NCBI GenBank assembly: GCA_027365415.1
Contig: DAHXNK010000001.1
Location: 6,142 to 70,141, forward strand
Direction of reading: 5' to 3'
DNA length: 64,000 nt
DNA from: Acidobacteriaceae bacterium
GTDB taxonomy: Bacteria > Acidobacteriota > Terriglobia > Terriglobales > Acidobacteriaceae
Shown: positions 28,855 to 37,951 of the stretch, one piece after another
Layout of the letters: each line of letters starts with the position of its first letter
How positions within the stretch are numbered: position 1 is the first letter of the stretch
Translations under genes and position numbers: made by a program
The notes under the pieces: generated by a model
What the model saw: the letters and a program-made list of their open reading frames with translations, nothing else
Told to the model about the DNA's origin: nothing
Database searches by the model: none

Positions 28855-30960
28855 CTACCACTGGACGGAAATCATCGCATACGCTTTCATATCCGGCACG
28901 GTAAACTGTGTGCTAGAACTGTCGTTGGTAAAGTCGAGCGATCGCGCACCCTTTGCGCCGGGAGCATAGAGCGTTACCTTTTGCGCCTTCTTATTCTTTG
29001 GCAACACCACTCGAACTTTTAAGTTGGAGAGAGTTGGCGTCTTCACCACGTCGTAGTTCACCAAATGGACAAGGAATCGTTGACTCCTTGTCTGGCGCGT
29101 ACAATTTGCGACCAGAAAATCCGGGCCATCCAACGTAAGAGGAATCTGATCCTCCGCAGCCCACTGGACGGCGTCGGTGATGTCCTTCCAGTTCTTCGGA
29201 CGTTTCCAGAAGATATTGGAAACCCAGAAGTAAGGTTCGGGAGGAGGCATAACTCCGTCAAACTGTATGGCTGGGAGATACGCTACTTTCCCGGAGCCAA
29301 CCTTGTTCCGGGTCGGAGTCCCGGTGTCTTTCGCATGGGCTTGCACATCCTGCTGATAGGCTACGCCAGCGGTCTGCCCTTCTACCAGCCCACTCAGTCC
29401 AGGCTGTACGCGTACCCGTCTCCAGTTATCATAAAGCCCAGACTGCTCTGTGACCACCAACCCACCTCCACCCTCCACATAGCGGCGGATGAGAGCGATC
29501 TGCTCGTCGGAGAGGCATTCGGAATTGGGGAGGACAAGAACCTTATACTTGGATAGGTCGTGAAGATGCTCATCGAAGATCAGTGCAAAAGGAATTCTCG
29601 ATTGAATCAGAGATTGCTCGACCAGAATCGCGCTTAGTTGCGCGCGGGAGTTATGGTAGGTCAGCGAAGCGTAGGATCGCAATACCGCGACGGGAGTTAC
29701 ATCTTCGCTATCCAGATACAGATCTTTGTTCTCGCGATAAAAATCAATATAGCGCAGTGTTGCCGGAGAAAGTACATTGCTTCCCACAAAACCAAGTGTC
29801 TGGTTGAATGCGAGCGCCTCGGCCATCCCCACAGGGTCATGATTCGCATAAGTCAACAGGACATTGTTGTAGATTCTGGCAAGTTTGTAACTGCGGATTT
29901 TTGAAATTAACCGACCATCGGGATTGTAAGTTGGCATATCCCGCTCCTCACTCCAGAAGGATTCCGTAAATTTCAAAAGCCTGGAATGATCGACCCCGGA
30001 TGTCCACGGATGATTCTCTCCGTTGATGCCCCCCGGATTGATCTCGATAGCGACTTCGGAGTTGAGAGACTTTGCATATTCAGAAACCTGCTGTAGTGCG
30101 TCAGCCATTGTCTGGCAGCGAAAATCAATCCACTCCTGAAAGGCGGGATCGTAGATGATTTCCATATCCTCTGGAAGGTTGTCGCTGTTCCATTGTGGGG
30201 GATTGATGAAGGAAACATTTTCAAAGCCGAACCGCTCCCGCAATTGCTTTGGACTGTACTTCGTTCTGAGATACTTCCGAAATCCGTTGACGCACCACGG
30301 ACAGTGGCAGGAAGATGGCTCGGCATTGAGGTTGAAATTATCGAAATGAATGAAATCCGTTTTCACTTCTACGATCGCATAATGCACGACTTTTTTGAGG
30401 TAATTGAGATAATCCTGATTGGTAAAACATGGCATGTAGCGGAAGGATTGCTGGTAGCCATAGGTGATGAGAATGGGCAGCCCTGAGATATCCCGCTGGA
30501 TCCATTGCGTAGCGCGTGGCTCCTCCGCAAAAAACGTCTCATACATCATGGATCCCCATTGAACGTAGGTGTCCACCTTCATGCCATAGCGATGGGCGAT
30601 GGCCACGGCATCCCGTGTGCCCTCCATTTCTGATTTTTCAGCCGCCATTCCAAACCCTTTGTAGAGATGGGTGTGAAAGACTTCGACTCCCTGATCGTGG
30701 AGTTTCTTGATGAGCGCTTCGCTCTGCTCATACTTGCTGATTTGAAGCGCATCCAAGCGCTGCCCGCCACGGCGCACGATGAAGATGTACGGCTCATGGC
30801 CGCCGCCTGCGTCAATCATGCCGTTCCGCAACCATTCTCCCTGTCCACTCTCTGGCCCAGCCAAGGAAACGGACATGGCCGATGCAGCCGGGATTCCAAG
30901 TTGCGTTAGCGAGGCCGACGCAACCATAGCGCCGATAAAGTCTCTGCGGTTAAGTGCCAT
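28855..30960 (-). CDS. TAT-exported GH42-like beta-galactosidase family protein
   Basis: Twin-arginine 'LNRRDFIGAM'. GH42-type Cys cluster 'SCHCPWCVNGFRKYLRTKY'. C-terminal GATase-like 'VLVLPNSECLSDEQIALIRRYVEGGGGLV'. G+C about 38-43% by line counts. Confidence 0.65.
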   Translation of the reverse strand: MALNRRDFIGAMVASASLTQLGIPAASAMSVSLAGPESGQGEWLRNGMIDAGGGHEPYIFIVRRGGQRLDALQISKYEQSEALIKKLHDQGVEVFHTHLYKGFGMAAEKSEMEGTRDAVAIAHRYGMKVDTYVQWGSMMYETFFAEEPRATQWIQRDISGLPILITYGYQQSFRYMPCFTNQDYLNYLKKVVHYAIVEVKTDFIHFDNFNLNAEPSSCHCPWCVNGFRKYLRTKYSPKQLRERFGFENVSFINPPQWNSDNLPEDMEIIYDPAFQEWIDFRCQTMADALQQVSEYAKSLNSEVAIEINPGGINGENHPWTSGVDHSRLLKFTESFWSEERDMPTYNPDGRLISKIRSYKLARIYNNVLLTYANHDPVGMAEALAFNQTLGFVGSNVLSPATLRYIDFYRENKDLYLDSEDVTPVAVLRSYASLTYHNSRAQLSAILVEQSLIQSRIPFALIFDEHLHDLSKYKVLVLPNSECLSDEQIALIRRYVEGGGGLVVTEQSGLYDNWRRVRVQPGLSGLVEGQTAGVAYQQDVQAHAKDTGTPTRNKVGSGKVAYLPAIQFDGVMPPPEPYFWVSNIFWKRPKNWKDITDAVQWAAEDQIPLTLDGPDFLVANCTRQTRSQRFLVHLVNYDVVKTPTLSNLKVRVVLPKNKKAQKVTLYAPGAKGARSLDFTNDSSSTQFTVPDMKAYAMISVQW

Positions 30961-31013
30961 GTTCCATGCTCCTTTGGATGTTTTGGTGGCTTTGGGCGAA
31001 CTTGCCCCTTATA

Positions 31014-31676
31014 CTACGACATCGACGCGCGGCGGTCGATCCCATGCGCAGCAACGACCTGAACGATGCGCTCCTGTATCTCTTCGATCGGCAGATCGCC
31101 TTTGATCGCGACAACACGGGTCGCCTCTCGTGCGGCAATCTCGCGATACTTGGCAAAAACTTTTTCGTGGAAGGTTCGTCTCTCGCGTTCAAAACGATCC
31201 GCAGCGTCGGTCTGTGCGTTGGAACTACGGCTGCGTGTGCGGGCCAGACTGATTTCCAACGGGGGCAACAGCAGAATCGTCAGGTCAGGTTGCAGGTTGC
31301 CGCAGAGTACACGGTGAAGCGCCAGAACAGCATCGCTGCCCAGCTCGCGTCCGCCGCCCTGATACGCTTCGGTGGAGTCGGTAAAGCGGTCGCAGAGAAC
31401 GATCTTGCCCGCCTCCAGCGCGGGGGAGATGATCTGCTGGATCGACTGAGCGCGGTCGGCAAACATCAGCGCCATCTCGGTCATCGGGGCGACCCCGGTA
31501 GTCTTTGCGTCGAGTAACAATGCGCGAATGCGCTCGCCAAGCGCAGTATCTCCCGGCTGGCGCGTAACCAGAATCGGCAGCCCTTGCTGCTCCAGCGCTT
31601 CGGCCAGAAGGCGCAACTGCGTGGTCTTGCCAGAGCCGTCGAGTCCCTCAAAGGTAAGAAAAAAACCGCGCCGCAT
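31014..31676 (-). CDS. tmk: dTMP kinase
   Basis: P-loop 'FEGLDGSGKTT' and 'TRQPGDT'. Confidence 0.93.
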   Translation of the reverse strand: MRRGFFLTFEGLDGSGKTTQLRLLAEALEQQGLPILVTRQPGDTALGERIRALLLDAKTTGVAPMTEMALMFADRAQSIQQIISPALEAGKIVLCDRFTDSTEAYQGGGRELGSDAVLALHRVLCGNLQPDLTILLLPPLEISLARTRSRSSNAQTDAADRFERERRTFHEKVFAKYREIAAREATRVVAIKGDLPIEEIQERIVQVVAAHGIDRRASMS

Positions 31677-31731
31677 GGCGTGAGTTTACCATCGGGCTGT
31701 CTGTCATGCAGTGTGAAATTGACACCGCCGC

Positions 31732-31744
31732 GCTGCATGAAAAC
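31732..31744. repeat. 13-bp direct repeat, left copy (GCTGCATGAAAAC)
   Basis: Identical 13-mer at 33571-33583. The two copies bracket the Mrr-like gene exactly; the left copy ends on the first base of its stop codon. Confidence 0.8.
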
Positions 31745-33531
31745 TATTCGATTGTTAATTTACTTAATAGTTTTGCTTCCTGTAAATCGATTTTCGCCTT
31801 GTGCCCATGCGCAGCGAGCAAGCCAAGAAGTTCATTCCCACTCAACAGGGTTAGCGGTTTCCCTTTGGCGAACTCGTAGGCATCCGGGCCATAGGTAGAC
31901 GTGGTGACAAGGATGCCCTTATTCGCCCCTTCGTTATGCACTGTGCCGAAAAGGTCACGTACCGCAGCTACTCCCACGACGTTGGTATACCGCTTGGCCT
32001 GAATGATGATCTTGCCACCACGAATCGGATCAGGATCAAAGGCGATTGCATCAACGCCACCATCGCGGCTGGCCTGTGTAATCTTGACCTCTCCACCGTT
32101 TTTGCTGAATTCCTTTTCAAATATTTCCCGAACCAAATTCTCAAAATCGACCCAATCCATTGCGGCCAGGTTGGTGCGATCATCCAGTGTTTCGGCTACG
32201 GCATACGAATCCACAAAACGAGGGTCTTCTTTGTTAATCGTTAAAATTGGGCGTATTGGGGCTAATTCTGTGAGTTTGCTGCTCGCTACGCCCTTGAGCT
32301 TGCGAAAACAGGCTTTGGGTTCTACTTGGCTCAGGTTGATCTGAAGAAATTCCTCGCGTTCAGCCTGTACGGAGAGTATGCAGCCGTGAGTCTCTATTCC
32401 TGTGGCCTTGTCAATGCTACGAACCCAACCGTTAAAAACGATGCTTTTCAATGTCTCTGACTCATCCGCAGCGAAAAGTTCGTGGAGCGTTCTGAGGGCA
32501 ACCTGATAGAGCACATCGTCATACGTGCGTTTCATCCACGCTTCAGACATGGGTACTTTTTGATGTTGATTGCGGGCGGCAATATATTTGACTTCTTTGA
32601 TTTTAGGAAGGGCTGATTGATTGGGAAGTTCAAAGTCCACAACCAAAACCCTATTGCTTTGATTGAAACTTACAGTGCTGTCTTGCGGGAAGTTGTCTGG
32701 ATATGACGAATGGTTTAAGACCTCGGAGCAGAAGAATTCCACGGCCTTAACATCGCCTTCAGTAAATTCGTTTTTCAATTGATCGATATGCGTGTGCTGT
32801 TCTTTTACGGTTGATTCATAGCATGCTCGATTTTTCTCCCATGCAGAAAGCTGTTTAGAGTACGCAGACATAGCTGCTTGAAAGCCTGTCTCGATAGAGG
32901 CGCAGTCCCTATTCCACTGGGTCAACGCGGACTGATAGGCCGTTTCAATGGACGCACAGTTTTTACTCCACTTTGCCAACTCAGATTGATAGGACGTTTC
33001 CAGTGACGCACAATTTTCTCTCCATTGCATCTTTGCAGATGCAAGATCGCTTGCAGCCTTCATTGCTTTTATACGGCGCATGCCAAGAAATGTATGAATA
33101 AAGGTAATAGCTGGAAGAAACTGACTCCCGTTTGGCTCTGGTGGCATAACGGGAACATCTGGTTTTAATGGAATTACAGAGATGCCTGGCTTTATGGGTT
33201 TTACGCCAGCCATAGGTTTTCGAGGATGGTTTTCACTGAAGGTTGTTTTATCTTTCAAGCAATCCCAGCCGAGAGGAGGCTGCTGAAGGCTTGATTTAAG
33301 GAGAGTTCCGAGCGCGGTCACATGTTCTTGTATTTCTTCTGTGAGGCTGCTGGCAGTCTCTTTGCCGAAAGATAATAAGTCTGTCTTTTTTTGCTTGACC
33401 AACAAAGAGTTCCAGCGCTCATCCCACTTTGCTAGCTGCAACCCAGCCTTAAGTTCTGCTTCTTTCTGGGTAGAACCTCGAACCACTCTATAAGCTCTCA
33501 ATCCTTTATGCTGAATTGTTACTTCCCACAT
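31744..33531 (-). CDS. restriction endonuclease (Mrr-cat, PD-(D/E)xK) domain protein with a large uncharacterised N-terminal region
   Basis: C-terminal 'ASRDGGVDAIAF...GGKIIIQAKRY...GILVTTSTYGPDAYEFA' fits the Mrr catalytic-domain pattern (D...D/E-x-K). No Mrr_N-type N-terminus. About 43-47% G+C by line counts. Confidence 0.85.
   Translation of the reverse strand: MWEVTIQHKGLRAYRVVRGSTQKEAELKAGLQLAKWDERWNSLLVKQKKTDLLSFGKETASSLTEEIQEHVTALGTLLKSSLQQPPLGWDCLKDKTTFSENHPRKPMAGVKPIKPGISVIPLKPDVPVMPPEPNGSQFLPAITFIHTFLGMRRIKAMKAASDLASAKMQWRENCASLETSYQSELAKWSKNCASIETAYQSALTQWNRDCASIETGFQAAMSAYSKQLSAWEKNRACYESTVKEQHTHIDQLKNEFTEGDVKAVEFFCSEVLNHSSYPDNFPQDSTVSFNQSNRVLVVDFELPNQSALPKIKEVKYIAARNQHQKVPMSEAWMKRTYDDVLYQVALRTLHELFAADESETLKSIVFNGWVRSIDKATGIETHGCILSVQAEREEFLQINLSQVEPKACFRKLKGVASSKLTELAPIRPILTINKEDPRFVDSYAVAETLDDRTNLAAMDWVDFENLVREIFEKEFSKNGGEVKITQASRDGGVDAIAFDPDPIRGGKIIIQAKRYTNVVGVAAVRDLFGTVHNEGANKGILVTTSTYGPDAYEFAKGKPLTLLSGNELLGLLAAHGHKAKIDLQEAKLLSKLTIE
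32883..33044 (-). repeat. three diverged 54-bp (18-aa) tandem repeats inside the Mrr-like ORF
   Basis: Protein repeats WRENCASLETSYQSELAK / WSKNCASIETAYQSALTQ / WNRDCASIETGFQAAMSA, followed by a degenerate WEKNRACYESTVKEQ. Confidence 0.8.
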
Positions 33532-33570
33532 TCGCAGATCCTCTCAGCCATACAGCGCCATTGTATTGAT

Positions 33571-33583
33571 GCTGCATGAAAAC
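33571..33583. repeat. 13-bp direct repeat, right copy (GCTGCATGAAAAC)
   Basis: Lies 40 nt upstream of the Mrr-like gene start (minus strand). Identical to 31732-31744. Confidence 0.8.
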
Positions 33584-33671
33584 ATACAAATCTAAAATTG
33601 TTGATATACGCAGCATGTTTTAACTTTTCTCCTCGCTCTGCATTACACTGGTCTGTCATTCCATCGCTCCA

Positions 33672-35606
33672 ATGCTTCGGAGGAATATGCGTCGGAAATC
33701 CTTGCTTCTCCCCTGTCTCGTCTCGATTCTTGCTATCTCAACCAGCCACGCGCAAACAGGCCAGCCTGCGCCTACCGCTCCCAGCGCGGCCACGCCCATC
33801 ACGGTTGCGGTGGACGCGACTGACGCGCCGCGCAAGATGCTGCACGCGCATCTGACGATCCCCGTGCATCCCGGCGATGTGACGCTGCTCTACGCCAAGT
33901 GGATTCCCGGTGAGCATGAGCCGAGCGGCCCCATCGACAATCTTGCAGGCTTGGTGATTCAAGCCAACGGCCAGACGTTGTCATGGGTGCGCGACAGCAT
34001 CAATATGTGCGCCATTCATCTCCATGTGCCTGCCGGGGTCACGGTGCTTGATGTGCGCGATGATTTTCTGGCGACCGCAGCGGCAACGGGCTTTTCTGCC
34101 GGAGCCTCCACCAGCGACAATCTGGCGATGATTAGCTGGAATGAAGTGATGCTCTACCCGCAGGGCAAGGTCGCTGCCGATATTCCTGTCACGGCCTCGG
34201 TGACGCTGCCTGATGGCTGGCAATATGGCACGGCGCTCACCTCCACAGGGCATGAGGGAAATACCACGCGCTTTGCCACCGTGTCGCTGGAGCAACTGAT
34301 CGACTCACCCGTGCTGAGCGGGCGGTACTTCAAAGAGATTCCGCTGGCTCCAGAGGTAACGCCGAAGCACTATCTCGACCTAGCCGCCGATGGGCCAGAG
34401 GATTTAGATCTTCGACCGAAGACCGTGGCCGCCTTCAACAATCTGGTGCGCGAAGCGGGCGCGCTGTATGCCTCGCGCCATTACACCAGCTATCACTTTC
34501 TGGTGACGCTCAGCGATCAGGTAGCGCACTTTGGGTTGGAGCATCATCAATCCAGCGACGACCGCGTGCGCGAGAAAACATTTTTACAGCCCGACCTGTT
34601 GCTGCTGGAAGGCGATTTGCTGCCGCATGAGTTCACGCACTCCTGGAATGGAAAATATCGTCGCCCGGAAGGGCTGCTCTCCCCGGATTACCAGACTCCG
34701 ATGCGGGATGATTTGTTGTGGGTCTACGAAGGTCTGACGGAGTATCTGGGGGGCGTGCTGGCCACGCGCAGCGGCATCTGGACGGAGCAGCAGTATAGAG
34801 ACGCGCTGGCCAACACGGCGGCAATGCTCAATGCGCGTCCGGGCCGCACCTGGCGCAATCTACAGGACACGGCGACGGCGGCGCAGATTCTCTACGACAG
34901 CAGCGACCAGTGGGATAACTGGCGACGCGGCGTGGATTTCTATCCTGAGGGCGAACTGATCTGGCTCGACGTGGATACCACGATTCGGCAGCAGAGCCAC
35001 GGCAGAAAGTCGATTGACGATTTCACTGCGCGCTTTCATGGTCTGGGCGGGAACACGCCGCCCAAGGTGGTGCCGTATACCTTCGATGATGTCGTCAGCA
35101 ATCTGAACGCGGTGCAGCCCTATGATTGGGCAAGCTTTCTCCGCGAACGGCTGAATGCCAAATCGCCAAACGCGCCAATGGGCGGCATTAAGCACGGCGG
35201 CTACCAACTGATATATACCGACACGCCGAATGAAATGATGCAGGCGCGCGAATCCCTGAGTGGCGTGAATGCCTGGTTCTCCCTAGGCCTGCTGGTTGCG
35301 CCGGATGGCGGCATTCGTGATGTGTTGATCGACTCGGCAGCGTACAAAGCGGGCCTGGGGCCGGGGATGAAGATCGTTGCCGTCAACAGCCGCCAGTATG
35401 ACGACAGTCGAATGCGCGCTGCGATCCGCGATTCCAGCGGCAGCAAAACGCCGATCCAGATGATTGTCGAGAACACGGGATATTTCCGCGTGATCAACAT
35501 CGACTATCACGGCGGAGCGCGCTACCCCTCGCTCCAGCGCGTAAGCGCCACGCCGAATTTGCTGGATGAAATTCTGACACCGAGAACAGCGCCACCGAAG
35601 AATTAG
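33672..35606 (+). CDS. M61 family glycyl aminopeptidase with C-terminal PDZ domain
   Basis: Signal peptide, zinc motif 'HEFTHSWNGK', and PDZ-like 'AAYKAGLGPGMKIVAVN'. Confidence 0.88.
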   Translation: MLRRNMRRKSLLLPCLVSILAISTSHAQTGQPAPTAPSAATPITVAVDATDAPRKMLHAHLTIPVHPGDVTLLYAKWIPGEHEPSGPIDNLAGLVIQANGQTLSWVRDSINMCAIHLHVPAGVTVLDVRDDFLATAAATGFSAGASTSDNLAMISWNEVMLYPQGKVAADIPVTASVTLPDGWQYGTALTSTGHEGNTTRFATVSLEQLIDSPVLSGRYFKEIPLAPEVTPKHYLDLAADGPEDLDLRPKTVAAFNNLVREAGALYASRHYTSYHFLVTLSDQVAHFGLEHHQSSDDRVREKTFLQPDLLLLEGDLLPHEFTHSWNGKYRRPEGLLSPDYQTPMRDDLLWVYEGLTEYLGGVLATRSGIWTEQQYRDALANTAAMLNARPGRTWRNLQDTATAAQILYDSSDQWDNWRRGVDFYPEGELIWLDVDTTIRQQSHGRKSIDDFTARFHGLGGNTPPKVVPYTFDDVVSNLNAVQPYDWASFLRERLNAKSPNAPMGGIKHGGYQLIYTDTPNEMMQARESLSGVNAWFSLGLLVAPDGGIRDVLIDSAAYKAGLGPGMKIVAVNSRQYDDSRMRAAIRDSSGSKTPIQMIVENTGYFRVINIDYHGGARYPSLQRVSATPNLLDEILTPRTAPPKN

Positions 35607-35867
35607 AGCGAATCCCCCAGATGATGAAATACAAATCCGAAGGATGTCATTCTTCAAGGTGCACACTTCGTCGATGCATCTAACATTCTCTGGATTCTTC
35701 ATCGGGTGCCCATCCTCGCCGCAGCGAGTGTGGGAGGAAAAATCTAAGGAAGCTCTGAACAAGTCAGCGTCTTGAAGGGGCGGGGCTTTAGCCCCTGAGG
35801 GACAGCAGTGGAACTTGATCAGAGTTTCCCTACATTCAATCCGAGGCAGTTGTATCGGGAACGTACC

Positions 35868-35913
35868 GCACCCATCCCACCCTTCGCAAAAAACACGAAG
35901 GATGGGGCACCTG
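35868..35913. repeat. REP-like hairpin element (ccatcc..ccttcg-caaaaaaca-cgaaggatgg ggcacctg)
   Basis: Imperfect palindrome with the 'ggggcacc' tail shared with 2481-2493 and 12156-12166. It replaces the 3' end of the transposase relic. Confidence 0.5.
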
Positions 35914-35914
35914 T

Positions 35915-36404
35915 CTTGTGGAAATTCATCGCGGCGGCTGCCAGGATCGCGTTGATCGCATTTCCAGCGTCGCTCTTCAGCCGATTGCCTTCCAATCGGT
36001 GTTCGCTCTTCAAATGTCCGATGCGTGGCTCCACTGCGGCGCGCCGTTTCATCCATTGCCATAGCGCTCGTGGAGTTCTGCCTCTTCGCCGCTTATCGAC
36101 ATGTGCGGCGACCGCACCGTCATAGCCATGGCCTTGATAATCTATGTCCACGTGCGCTTCGCCGACCTTGGCACCGACGAATCATCCACCGCGACTGCTG
36201 ACCGCTACACTGACCTTGTTGCCGAACTCGTACTGCTTGCCCGCCCTGGCTGGGATGATAGGTGCTGCCCAGAGTCTGCTCAAACGACGACCAATCACGG
36301 CAAAGAGCGAGTCGAACCAATGGATGGCTCCTGTCGATCAACTGCTCCAAATCTATCTGAAATAATTCCAGATGTGGCTGCCCAGCTTCGCGCTTGGGCC
36401 GCAT
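35915..36404 (-). mobile_element. IS5-family insertion-sequence relic (transposase gene with large internal deletion and frameshift)
   Basis: N-terminal piece 'MRPKREAGQPHLELFQIDLEQLIDRSHPLVRLA..' and C-terminal piece 'DYQGHGYDG...MKRRAAVEPRIGHLKSEHRLEGNRLKS..NAILAAAAMNFHK' resemble IS5-type DDE transposases. About 300 central codons are missing and the pieces are in different frames. Confidence 0.75.
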
Positions 36405-36567
36405 CCTTTTTCCCCAGAAAACTTCGTCGATTTACATTACACGCCTTCGGAGAAATTATAGACCGCCCACTATCAAGAATCATCTGCTTTATAGGCCTTT
36501 TGCAAGTTTTTCAGGATCAACTAGGGTAGCCTGTCTTCTGCTGGCCGATGTGAACTTTCTCCGCCGC

Positions 36568-37821
36568 CTATAGTGCAGCCGCATGTGCCTCTTGCCCAGA
36601 CACGGATGGATGATCCTCTACCAGCCTGGCAATATGCGGTAAAAGAACAATGTCGAGGGGGAATTGATAGCGGGGATCTACTGCCGTCAAGAGGAATGGC
36701 AGGACGTAGAGGAATGCCGCCGCGATGAAAACTTTGTCATACAAATCCAGCCCCCGCCGCGCCTTTAACATCAGCAGGACAAGCCAGATAGGAATGACCA
36801 GAGCCATCGCGACAACAGGAATCGTCCACAGGCTTAGCCCTCGATGGAGACGCCTATATGGAGACAGAAAAATATAGAGCTTGACCGCCGTAATTTTCAG
36901 CTCATTGATTGGATGATTTCGTATATATTCCAGACCGTGATGGATGAAGTATCGCTGTAATTGGGGGGTATATCCCTGTAACTTAGGATTGGCGATGATG
37001 TCCACGTCCTGATAGTTGAGACCTTCTGCCTTCATGAACAGCGACACAGACTGTTCTGGTGTTTGGTTTTGCAGCATGGCTTTGATGGTGAACTCATTAT
37101 GTCCCTGCACAAAATTGTAAGGGCCGTCCTGGGGAAGAAAAAAGCTGCCATGTGCGAGGGTGTTGATGGATATCAGCGTTCCGGCGCTGACGACTCCACC
37201 AACGATGAGTGCAAGCACTTTCCTGCGCCACCGAGCAGGGGAAGCAAAGATGGCATATACCAGCAGGGGCAATAGAAGAAGCATATTGGGGCGCTCTGCC
37301 ATGCCGCATCCAAAAACAATTCCCGTGCCGATTACTAAAGAAATTCTGGAACCCATCTGGACGATCAAAACGAGACACAGTAGCAGAACGACCATTACAA
37401 AAACCGAGAAATCGACATCCCAGAGCTTGACGACGGAAGCTGGAAGCTGCGGATATACCGCAGTCACCAAGCCTGCCATAAGAGCATACCGACTTCCGAC
37501 CTCGATCCTCCGCGCAAGTTTCCACACGGAAACGACCGTGAGGACATACATGGCAGTCTGCAAAATCTCCATGCCATGCCGCCCTAACGCCTGGATGCTC
37601 AGCCCCACCAGCCATGTGTATTCAATCGGAAATGCAACCTCCGCAATATGGCCAGTACGTAGGTATTCCTGTACATATTCGTAAAAGGCCGGCACTGGAA
37701 TGGCCGCTTGGGTCGCAAGCAAAGCGGCAAGAGCTGCAACAAGCGGCGTGCCCAGAAGCAGCGCCCAGTAGCCGAGGGAACGATCATCGTCGAGCCATGA
37801 ATGAACATAAGATGCATGCAT
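36568..37821 (-). CDS. polytopic membrane protein, GT39/ArnT-like glycosyltransferase (PMT_2-like)
   Basis: 417 aa, about 10 TM helices, loop pattern like 4-amino-arabinose/mannosyl transferases. G+C lower than the backbone (38-47% by line counts). Confidence 0.55.
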   Translation of the reverse strand: MHASYVHSWLDDDRSLGYWALLLGTPLVAALAALLATQAAIPVPAFYEYVQEYLRTGHIAEVAFPIEYTWLVGLSIQALGRHGMEILQTAMYVLTVVSVWKLARRIEVGSRYALMAGLVTAVYPQLPASVVKLWDVDFSVFVMVVLLLCLVLIVQMGSRISLVIGTGIVFGCGMAERPNMLLLLPLLVYAIFASPARWRRKVLALIVGGVVSAGTLISINTLAHGSFFLPQDGPYNFVQGHNEFTIKAMLQNQTPEQSVSLFMKAEGLNYQDVDIIANPKLQGYTPQLQRYFIHHGLEYIRNHPINELKITAVKLYIFLSPYRRLHRGLSLWTIPVVAMALVIPIWLVLLMLKARRGLDLYDKVFIAAAFLYVLPFLLTAVDPRYQFPLDIVLLPHIARLVEDHPSVSGQEAHAAAL

Positions 37822-37883
37822 TTTTTTTGCTCCTGTGCATTCTATCGCGCACCTTGATTTTTACGAAGTACTTTGCAGGTGCC

Positions 37884-37916
37884 CCATTCAAGCCTGTTTT
37901 CTTTTGGCTTGAGTGG
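37884..37916. repeat. REP-type hairpin, second copy of the 2391-2419 element
   Basis: ccattcaagcc-tgttttctttt-ggcttgagtgg has the same orientation on the plus strand as the copy at 2391, although the adjacent recJ sequences are inverted. Confidence 0.6.
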
Positions 37917-37951
37917 GGGGAACCGGAGAATGCTGGCTGCATCTCTGCCGT

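Noticed and set aside
35621-35680. Cys-rich 19-codon mini-ORF (MMKYKSEGCHSSRCTLRRC..) just after the M61 gene
   Set aside because: It has no SD, lies in decayed REP- and IS-containing DNA, and is too short to support without conservation data.
35283-36062. 259-aa minus-strand ORF spanning the M61 3' end, REP elements and the IS relic
   Set aside because: It is a chimeric read-through of unrelated sequence: antisense of a real gene, then repeat elements, then a transposase fragment. It is not a plausible gene.
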